From the NCBI GenBank assembly GCA_043820925.1, contig JBDRDL010000015.1:1-11011 (forward strand): a stretch of DNA of 11,011 nucleotides. Direction: 5' to 3'. Both the position numbers and the translations under genes were made by a program. The notes beneath the pieces were generated by a model, which was given only the letters and a program-made list of their open reading frames with translations, did not search any database and was not told the origin of the DNA. Below, in pieces: positions 1 through 5,652 of the stretch (position 1 is the stretch's first letter; the number at the start of each line of letters is the position of its first letter). The stretch comes from Methanobacteriota archaeon (lineage in GTDB: Archaea > Hydrothermarchaeota > Hydrothermarchaeia > Hydrothermarchaeales > JACRDW01).

Positions 1-53
1 GGTATTACCAAGAGAAATGCAAACCCTGTGAACACGAAGGCATTGTTATTCAT
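1..53 (-). CDS. 5' end of a third class III signal peptide-like (pilin-like) protein, runs off the window
   Basis: Not in the ORF track. Manual translation from the ATG at 53-51 gives MNNNAFVFTGFAFLLVIP..., open to the window edge. The ATG overlaps the upstream TGA (ATGA, 50-53). N-terminus resembles the two upstream genes (short polar leader, A/F, hydrophobic run). Confidence 0.7.
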   Translation of the reverse strand, partial: MNNNAFVFTGFAFLLVI

Positions 54-973
54 TTCGGACACACCTTCAGCGTTACCCAGACGGCGTCTCTGAGCTGGGC
101 ACTTTCGGATGTAACTAGAGTATTGCACGTACCAGACGGAACTTTAATAATATAGAAGGTTGTCGTAGCGGGGGGCGGACCTGCTAGGTCGATAAAAGCA
201 TGATTCAGCTTGCCTTCCTCAAGGTAATTGTCTATGTATATCTTTATAACCTCGAATCCGGATATAGTTTCTTTGCAAGAAGTGATCGGTTGGCATTGAC
301 AGTGGGGTATATATCCAGGTATAGGGAACAAGTCAATTCTGCCACTGGCTGGGAGAGTCCAATCGCAGTCTGGGTAAACCCCTGGAATCGAATCAAAGGG
401 CCCTATTTGTGCCGAATCGTTTGGATAGACCCAAGCATCGGTTTCTGGGTTGCCAGAGGCGATTTCTCCAACTAACCAGTAGTCATAGGTGTTTTTTTCT
501 CCAATATCAACATAGAAACTAAGATTGAATCTTGGTTTATTTCCTCCTTTACCCAGCCAACAGGCGTTTTCGTTGTTGACGCCCCTTCTGACTTGATTTA
601 GCTCACCCTCTGCCTTATCGATCTCCAACAGCCCGAGCCTTCTCGCAACCACAATATCCCTGCCGGCAAGAGTGCCGTTCGTTACGGCGAATAAAACGCT
701 GCCGTTTACGTTTTCGACTTCATAGCTGTAGTTGAGGTAGCTTGGAACAAGCCTTCTCAGGGTTTGACTCAATCTGCTCTGGTTGAGGCTCTCTATGTTG
801 CCCGTAGTGCTCATTACTTGGAGCACGTCTTGCGCAATTCTCTCGCTTCCGAGGACATGGCTTTGAAGGAGCAGACTCTCGCTGCTGCCGAGCTGGGAGA
901 CGCCTGCGAGGATTATAAACACAGGTATTAGCGCAAGCACAGCGTCCATTGTAAATATGAAAGCCCTGCTCAT
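50..973 (-). CDS. Class III signal peptide (type IV pilin-like) surface protein with a Cys-containing extracellular domain
   Basis: 307-aa ORF. N-terminus MSRA|FIFTMDAVLALIPVFIILAGV has a basic residue, a small residue at the cleavage site, an acidic residue near +5/+6 and a hydrophobic helix. ATGA overlaps at both ends. Seven Cys, all after the first ~135 residues. Confidence 0.7.
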   Translation of the reverse strand: MSRAFIFTMDAVLALIPVFIILAGVSQLGSSESLLLQSHVLGSERIAQDVLQVMSTTGNIESLNQSRLSQTLRRLVPSYLNYSYEVENVNGSVLFAVTNGTLAGRDIVVARRLGLLEIDKAEGELNQVRRGVNNENACWLGKGGNKPRFNLSFYVDIGEKNTYDYWLVGEIASGNPETDAWVYPNDSAQIGPFDSIPGVYPDCDWTLPASGRIDLFPIPGYIPHCQCQPITSCKETISGFEVIKIYIDNYLEEGKLNHAFIDLAGPPPATTTFYIIKVPSGTCNTLVTSESAQLRDAVWVTLKVCPK

Positions 974-1482
974 TTTCCTGCCTCCAGGGTTATGCTCACT
1001 TCGGTGCTGTTCGTGACATTACTTAAGAATGCATTTCTTCTAACAACGACGATGTTAGAGACGCTTGCTTTCGGGCCGCTGCTCAAGACCTTTGAAAAAA
1101 CAACGCTTTCGTTTATAGACTGGATGCTCAGATTAAAGTATCTGTAGCCCTTCAAAAGCTGCTTGATATAGTCGCTGTTCATAGCTCCGATTTTTTCGCT
1201 GTCAAGAATGTGAGAATATATTCTATCCTCGGTCGAGTTGTACTTCGCAAGACCTACTGTAACAGGAGCAATCGTAGAATTCCAGTCAGGCGGAACTCCT
1301 GGAGTTTTTATCAGAACGTCGGCGGCATCGCTCACCTGACGCTGCATTGAGTAGAAATATACATACTCCTGAATCTGCGTTACCACGCCTCCTATTGCGG
1401 TTGCAGACATTCCAAGCACGAGGGTCAGCGGTACGAGAGCAAGCAGTAAATCTAGGGTGAAAAGCTGCGCTTTATTGTTCAT
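970..1482 (-). CDS. Class III signal peptide (type IV pilin-like) protein, first gene of the operon
   Basis: 170-aa ORF. N-terminus MNNKA|QLFTLDLLLALVPLTLVLGM fits the archaeal K-A/G-Q prepilin peptidase motif. Internal 'ADVLIKTPGVPPDW' resembles segments in euryarchaeal pilin-like operon proteins. Several N-x-S/T sequons. Confidence 0.75.
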   Translation of the reverse strand: MNNKAQLFTLDLLLALVPLTLVLGMSATAIGGVVTQIQEYVYFYSMQRQVSDAADVLIKTPGVPPDWNSTIAPVTVGLAKYNSTEDRIYSHILDSEKIGAMNSDYIKQLLKGYRYFNLSIQSINESVVFSKVLSSGPKASVSNIVVVRRNAFLSNVTNSTEVSITLEAGK

Positions 1483-1578
1483 TGATTATTATTGTAACTG
1501 TTTAGCCATATGAAACTTGCTCCGACCAAAAGCTTAATGCAGTTCCAGCACAAATAAGGAGGAGAACTTGGCACCCCA

Positions 1579-1869
1579 TCACAATCTACCGTACTCTTTG
1601 TGCGCCTGCTCGATTGTCATGACCTTCAGAATCCTGACCTCTTTTTCCTTATCGTATATCCTGTAGAAAGCGGTGAAGCTCCTTGCTATGTGCATCCTGT
1701 ACAGGCTATCTCCCCTGTGGACCAGCTTCTCTTTGTCCCCCTGTCCGATGCCAGGATACGGATTTTCTTCTAGCTTTCGAAGGTTGTCTTTCACTATTCT
1801 CTGGCTCTTGGGTGGGAGGCTGTGGACATACTCCAGCGCTCTGCGGTCTATGAGCACCTTGTAGCTCAT
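1579..1869 (-). CDS. relE: Type II TA toxin, RelE/ParE family
   Basis: 96-aa basic ORF with a RelE-like layout (MSYKVLIDRRA...LRKLEENPYPG...LYRMHIARSFTAFYRI...VRILKV). Directly abuts the upstream small gene. Confidence 0.85.
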   Translation of the reverse strand: MSYKVLIDRRALEYVHSLPPKSQRIVKDNLRKLEENPYPGIGQGDKEKLVHRGDSLYRMHIARSFTAFYRIYDKEKEVRILKVMTIEQAHKEYGRL

Positions 1870-2052
1870 CTACCTCAGCTCGACAAATTCACCACGCTCC
1901 TCGATGCGGCGCATCTCTTCGAATAGGCGGGTTTTTTTGTAATCCTCTATTATCTCTGCGAGAAGCTCGTCGTAAGTTTGTCCAGCGCTCTTCATGCGGC
2001 TGAGTTCCACCCATCTCTTCTCGGTAACCGGGATTCTCTTCGTAGCGTGCAT
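1870..2052 (-). CDS. Antitoxin of the RelE-like toxin (RHH-like N-terminus, charged C-terminus)
   Basis: 60 aa. TKRIPVTEKRWVELSRMKSAGQTYDELLAEII fits a beta-strand plus two helices. Its stop (1870-1872) is immediately adjacent to the toxin ATG (1869). Confidence 0.8.
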   Translation of the reverse strand: MHATKRIPVTEKRWVELSRMKSAGQTYDELLAEIIEDYKKTRLFEEMRRIEERGEFVELR

Positions 2053-2077
2053 ATTTACAGTATTTACAAGGTTTAAC
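2052..2077 (-). promoter_or_regulatory. Putative relBE promoter/operator: tandem TGTAAATA repeats abutting the start codon, weak TATA-like GTTAAA upstream
   Basis: Plus strand TATTTACA at 2052-2059 and 2061-2068; TTTAAC at 2072-2077. Confidence 0.4.
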
Positions 2078-2170
2078 GTCTGTGAGGGTTACAAAATAGG
2101 CACCGCGAAAGAGCCAGCGGCATTGAATAGACACTGCCTTCTTAACTTCCAGCGCAAATAAAACAAACGC

Positions 2171-2242
2171 ATGAACAAAGAATCCCTTGAGGCGCTAAGC
2201 AGGGAAGAACTCATCCAACCGTTTTCATGGATGGGTAAATAG
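2171..2242 (+). pseudogene. Collapsed transposase remnant (23-aa mini-ORF MNKESLEALSREELIQPFSWMGK)
   Basis: Manual translation. 'LEALSREELI' resembles, from recall, the N-terminal coiled-coil start of ISBst12-group IS66 transposases. The stop lies within the right terminal repeat (GGTAAATAG). Confidence 0.45.
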
Positions 2243-2267
2243 ATGCATATTATTTATTTCCATACAG

Positions 2268-2280
2268 CTTAAATCTTATT
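2268..2280 (-). promoter_or_regulatory. Orphaned TATA box (TTTAAG) with a purine-rich BRE-like segment, probable original promoter of the pilin-like operon
   Basis: Minus strand AATAAGA-TTTAAG. After removing 1494-2254 in silico, it sits 24 nt upstream of the ATG at 1482. Confidence 0.4.
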
Positions 2281-2292
2281 GCCGGCATATTG

Positions 2293-2336
2293 GAGTAAAT
2301 TATAAATAGTTAAAGCATAAATGTTTATGTTGGTGA
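2293..2336 (+). promoter_or_regulatory. Promoter (BRE/TATA), palindromic operator and RBS of the first VapBC module
   Basis: TTATAAAT at 2300-2307 after purine-rich GAGTAAA; inverted repeat CATAAA-TG-TTTATG at 2316-2329; GGTGA at 2332-2336 before the ATG at 2341. Confidence 0.6.
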
Positions 2337-2340
2337 TAGC

Positions 2341-2535
2341 ATGTATGTAAGAACAACCGTGAAGCTGAAAGAGAACATATATCAAATTTTAAAAAAAGAA
2401 GCGGGCGCAAGGGGGATTTCGGAAAAAATTAACGAAATACTCGAAGCAAGGCTGGTTAAAAGAAAAAAAAGTCTGTTCGGAACGATGCCGAAGGTGGACG
2501 TATCAGATTTGAGAGACCACAAAGACAGGATTTGA
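2341..2535 (+). CDS. vapB: VapB-type antitoxin (RHH-like)
   Basis: 64 aa. RTTVKLKENIYQILKKEAGARGISEKINEIL fits an RHH pattern. Has an RBS and ends 4 nt upstream of a PIN-domain gene. Confidence 0.75.
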   Translation: MYVRTTVKLKENIYQILKKEAGARGISEKINEILEARLVKRKKSLFGTMPKVDVSDLRDHKDRI

Positions 2536-2539
2536 GAGC

Positions 2540-2911
2540 ATGTTAATAGATTCTTTTGCCTGGATAGAATACTTCATGGGCACCAATAAAGGAATAGAAG
2601 TAAAGAAAATCGTTGACGACACTACCATAGCATATACATCGCCGATAATCACAGCTGAAATCTATTCCAAATCCATCAGAGCTGACGGCATCGAGAAAGC
2701 AGAAGAAAGAAAGGATTTTATATTGCACAGGTGCGTCTTCGTACCGGCGGATGAAGAAATTGCCTTAGAAGCAGGGAAAATTCATGCACAGATGAAAATC
2801 GGACTTGCGGATGCATTTATCTTAGCGACTGCAAGCAAAAAAAATACAAGAATACTGACCGGAGACCCGCACTTCAAAGGCCTTGAAAATGTTGAATTTC
2901 TGGGGGGATAG
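2540..2911 (+). CDS. vapC: Type II TA toxin, VapC/PIN-domain ribonuclease
   Basis: 123 aa with all four PIN acidic positions present: LIDS, AEI, ADA, TGDPHF. Confidence 0.92.
   Translation: MLIDSFAWIEYFMGTNKGIEVKKIVDDTTIAYTSPIITAEIYSKSIRADGIEKAEERKDFILHRCVFVPADEEIALEAGKIHAQMKIGLADAFILATASKKNTRILTGDPHFKGLENVEFLGG
2861..2904 (+). repeat. 44-bp exact direct repeat, copy 1 (3' end of the first vapC)
   Basis: GGAGACCCGCACTTCAAAGGCCTTGAAAATGTTGAATTTCTGGG, identical to 3519-3562. Confidence 0.95.
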
Positions 2912-2942
2912 AGATGAGCTCGGTAAAATCAAAACTATTTAT

Positions 2943-2985
2943 GGTAAACTTTTTATATATCGATATATATACCGTCTTACGGTGA
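2943..2985 (+). promoter_or_regulatory. Promoter, palindromes and RBS of the second (AbrB-VapC) module
   Basis: TTTTATATA at 2951-2959; perfect 16-bp palindrome TATATATCGATATATA at 2954-2969; ACCGT-CTT-ACGGT at 2971-2983 overlapping the GGTGA RBS at 2981-2985. Confidence 0.6.
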
Positions 2986-2989
2986 TTTG

Positions 2990-3202
2990 ATGGAAACTGT
3001 TAGAGTGTCCTCAAAATTTCAGGTTGTTATTCCGAAATCTATCCGAGAAATTCTAAACATAAAGCCGGGAGAAGAGATAGTAATGATTGAAAAAGATAGG
3101 GCAGTGCACATGATTCCAGTAAGAGATATAAAAAAAGCGAGAGGAATTGCCAGGGGAGTAACTACTAAAAGCTTGAGGGACGAAAGTGAACGTTTTGATT
3201 GA
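2990..3202 (+). CDS. AbrB/MazE/SpoVT-family antitoxin
   Basis: VRVSSKFQVVIPKSIREILNIKPGEEI is the AbrB swapped-hairpin signature. ATG at 2990 (TTG at 2987 is an alternative). Overlaps the downstream vapC by 17 nt. Confidence 0.9.
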   Translation: METVRVSSKFQVVIPKSIREILNIKPGEEIVMIEKDRAVHMIPVRDIKKARGIARGVTTKSLRDESERFD

Positions 3203-3569
3203 TTCCTTCGGCTGGATAGAGTACTTTGGAGAGGGTCCGCTGGCAGGAAAATGTGCAAAGTATATAGAGAAAGCGAATCAAAGAGAATATTTTACCCCTT
3301 CCATTGTTATCTACGAAGTCTACAAAAAAATTAAAAAGGAAAAATCTGAGGAAAAAGCGCTGGAAGCCTGTGCCTATATCCTTGCATACACCTCGATTGT
3401 TTATCTGACAGAAAAAATAGCTCTCGAGGCTGCGGAAATAAGCTTGAAGAAGGGGCTTTCAATGGCTGATGCGATAATAAAGGCGACAGCTGAGCTAAAA
3501 AACGCAGAAGTAATAACTGGAGACCCGCACTTCAAAGGCCTTGAAAATGTTGAATTTCTGGGCGAATGA
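3186..3569 (+). CDS. vapC: Type II TA toxin, VapC/PIN-domain ribonuclease
   Basis: 127 aa, GTG start. PIN motifs LIDS, YEV, ADA and TGDPHF are intact. Confidence 0.92.
   Translation: MNVLIDSFGWIEYFGEGPLAGKCAKYIEKANQREYFTPSIVIYEVYKKIKKEKSEEKALEACAYILAYTSIVYLTEKIALEAAEISLKKGLSMADAIIKATAELKNAEVITGDPHFKGLENVEFLGE
3519..3562 (+). repeat. 44-bp exact direct repeat, copy 2 (3' end of the second vapC)
   Basis: Identical to 2861-2904, 658 bp downstream. Confidence 0.95.
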
Positions 3570-4396
3570 AGATGAATAAAAAGCTGTTCCTCTGGCTTGC
3601 ACTTACTCTAATATTCTTGTCGCTTTTTTTCAAATCGCTCTGGCAGAACATTGGCAATTTACTCTCTCCGGTATATATTCAGGAGAAGGGAGTATATCCC
3701 TGGGCGGTGCTGCTCCTTTGCACCTTCTGGATTTACATTAAAAGAGAGGAAATATCCAAGAAAATGCAGGCAAAGCGCATATTTATTTTCATTGGTTCGG
3801 CTGCTATACTAACATCAGTAGCAATTCAATTTGAAGAGCTTCCATTTCTGGTTTTTGCATTTCTGCTGTGCTCCCTCGGATTTTTCTTTATATTTTTCGG
3901 AGAGGCTGGAATAATACCTGCGCTGCTTCTTGGAGTCTACGGCTTCACGATAGCATTTCCAGTAATATTCTCAAAATTTTTCGAGACGCATTATGCGCTT
4001 GCAACCGTTAAAATCGTCACGACAATATTAAATGTGCTCGGCTATCCTATAAACGCAGAGGGGCAGATAATCAGCTTTCTCGACGTTTCTGGAAAAAGCA
4101 TCTCGGCTTTTGTCGGAGCACCCAGCTCTGGAATAGCCTCGATAACTATATTCGTGGCAATCTTCGTGCTCATGATGCTCGACGTAACGCTGCCTGCAAG
4201 GAAAGCGTTGTATATGTTTTTATTTGGATTAGTCGGTACTTGTTTTCAAAACATCCTGCGCCTGATAATTCTAATACTGACGGGCTACTACTACGGCTCT
4301 GCTGCTCTTTGGAAGGCGCATGACTACGCAGGCTATATAATTTTTCCTGCCTGGTTTGCGGTGTTTGTTTTTATATATTTGCATGTTAGTAAGTAG
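3566..4396 (+). CDS. Exosortase/archaeosortase-family membrane protein, Cys-to-Ser variant
   Basis: 276 aa with about 8 hydrophobic segments. Family motif order is preserved: 'AEGQIISF' loop, VGAP[S]SGIASITIF (normally C-S/A-G), NILR, and AHDYAGY. ATGA overlap with the vapC stop. Confidence 0.85.
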   Translation: MKMNKKLFLWLALTLIFLSLFFKSLWQNIGNLLSPVYIQEKGVYPWAVLLLCTFWIYIKREEISKKMQAKRIFIFIGSAAILTSVAIQFEELPFLVFAFLLCSLGFFFIFFGEAGIIPALLLGVYGFTIAFPVIFSKFFETHYALATVKIVTTILNVLGYPINAEGQIISFLDVSGKSISAFVGAPSSGIASITIFVAIFVLMMLDVTLPARKALYMFLFGLVGTCFQNILRLIILILTGYYYGSAALWKAHDYAGYIIFPAWFAVFVFIYLHVSK

Positions 4397-5537
4397 CCTT
4401 TATCCATTCTTTTAGAATTTCGTCCACAAATTCATAACCCTTGTTTTTTTTCAAAAATCCCATCTCTATCAATCTCTTGAGATAGGGAGATATCTCACCT
4501 GCTTTCAGACCAAGCTCTCTGCCTGCAGATGAAGGGGTTTTCAAATCATATTTTGCCATTACGACCAAGATATCGAAGTACCTGCCTCTGTCTTTTATCT
4601 TTGCGACTTCGTATTCGAAATGACCTGAAGGTTCCTTTAGAGCAGAATGATATGCATTTTCTACGATTTCTTTTGTTATTTTCTTTTCAGTCATTGCAGC
4701 AATATAAACAGACCTGGCCAGCCACTGCAGATAAAAAGGATGGCACATGCTTATGTCCAATATACTCTCCATCGCTTCATCTTTGTACTTAAATCCGCCA
4801 AACTTCTTCCTTAGAAATTCTTTTGCATCTCTCCTCGGAAGGTTATTCAAGGTCTTTACAACAAATAGATTATAAAACGGCGACTTCTTGTCGTAAACTA
4901 TTTTCTCCATCATGCTCACAGCAGAGCCGGAAACAATGTAGTCCGCTCTTCTATGGCTGGTTATTACACCTCTCAGATATTTCAGAAAGTCGGTGCCGAA
5001 TTTTTCCAGCTCTTGAAACTCGTCTAAGATTATTAAAAAGTGCACATCTCTTTCGCCGAGTTTCTCCGGCAGGTTTAATACTCTTTCCATCAGCTGGCTT
5101 TCATCTATTTTTTTTTCCCTGAATTCCAGCCATACTTTTATGTCTCCGAATTCTGCTCCAAAGGATTGGATAATGTCCAGAATTGCTGTTCCGACCCCTC
5201 TTACTGCCTTTGATATTCTATCCCCTGCTTCCATGCCCTGCTTCTTCGAATACCCTGAATATACCTCCGCAGAATAATTCTGTAAAAAATTCACCAGGGT
5301 GCTTGGATAAAGCTTCGAGCAGTCCAGATAGACGCAGACAACCTCGCCCTCCAACTTTTGCTTGAGGGTCAGCAAAATCGAAGTCTTTCCCATCCTTCTT
5401 GGAGATATTAGCGCAAAATCCTGCCTCGTGCCTTTTTTAATGCTTAAAACGCTCCTGTGCATCTCCTCCAGTATTTCCTCTCTATCTATGAGATTCTTTC
5501 CAGTTACAGGAACGCCGACCTGAAATGGAATTTCCAT
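4386..5537 (-). CDS. Archaeal AAA+ (ATPase_2/STAND-like) ATP-binding protein with C-terminal winged HTH
   Basis: 383 aa. Contains LIDREE, Walker A SPRRMGKTS, Walker B LIILDEFQ, VSGS and HPFYLQ, plus a C-terminal 'ISPYLKRLIEMGFL...YEFVDEILKEW' wHTH. Overlaps the sortase gene convergently by 11 nt. Confidence 0.88.
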   Translation of the reverse strand: MEIPFQVGVPVTGKNLIDREEILEEMHRSVLSIKKGTRQDFALISPRRMGKTSILLTLKQKLEGEVVCVYLDCSKLYPSTLVNFLQNYSAEVYSGYSKKQGMEAGDRISKAVRGVGTAILDIIQSFGAEFGDIKVWLEFREKKIDESQLMERVLNLPEKLGERDVHFLIILDEFQELEKFGTDFLKYLRGVITSHRRADYIVSGSAVSMMEKIVYDKKSPFYNLFVVKTLNNLPRRDAKEFLRKKFGGFKYKDEAMESILDISMCHPFYLQWLARSVYIAAMTEKKITKEIVENAYHSALKEPSGHFEYEVAKIKDRGRYFDILVVMAKYDLKTPSSAGRELGLKAGEISPYLKRLIEMGFLKKNKGYEFVDEILKEWIKATY

Positions 5538-5652
5538 TATTTTATTTAGATAATATTCATTATATATAAAACTTGTTATCTTGCGCTTATTGGCTTTAAA
5601 ATATTTATATTAGATAGAAGATATTCAACATTATGAGGTGGTGGACTGGCAA
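5538..5652. promoter_or_regulatory. Divergent AT-rich promoter region (ATPase / glycosylation operon)
   Basis: Minus strand TTTATATA at 5570-5563, about 25 nt before the ATPase ATG (leaderless geometry). Plus strand TTTATAT at 5604-5610 and a GAGGTGGTGG RBS at 5635-5644. Confidence 0.55.

Larger units (their letters stand above)
1494..2246 (+). mobile_element. Putative IS66-family (ISBst12-group-like) internally deleted non-autonomous element carrying a RelBE-like TA pair
   Basis: Left end GTAACTGTTTAGCCAT--ATGAAA (1494-1515) against the reverse complement of the right end GCATCTATTTACCCATCCATGAAA (2246-2223): 18/22 aligned matches plus a 2-nt gap. Flanks TTATTATT (1486-1493) and ATATTATT (2247-2254) match at 7/8. 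GTAA-starting ends and 8-bp duplications are typical of IS66. A transposase-like mini-ORF ends inside the right IR. Confidence 0.6.

Noticed and set aside
2082..2092. GTGAGGGTTAC as an alternative right end pairing with GTAAC at 1494
   Set aside because: Only the terminal 5 bp match the left end, and the flank (AAAATAGG) does not duplicate TTATTATT. The 2223-2246 end fits much better.
1889..2134. 81-aa minus-strand ORF with a CKYC motif
   Set aside because: Overlaps the antitoxin in another frame, has a non-ATG start and crosses the promoter. Treated as a shadow ORF.
2101..2170. Possible structured ncRNA (CCGC...GCGG pairing) between relB and the transposase remnant
   Set aside because: Only a 4-bp stem, with no tRNA, C/D box or other recognisable motif.
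2770..2810. Suspected deletion in the first VapC before the ADA motif
   Set aside because: Spacing from IALEA to ADA is the same as in the second VapC and all acidic catalytic positions are present.
2861..3562. 44-bp repeat as a CRISPR repeat or tRNA-derived att site
   Set aside because: Only two copies 658 bp apart, both protein-coding in the same frame. No spacer array, tRNA structure or integrase is visible.
5547..5627. Partial repeat TAGATA..ATATTCA at 5547-5559 and 5611-5627
   Set aside because: Short, AT-rich and with different internal spacing, so it is consistent with chance in a promoter region.
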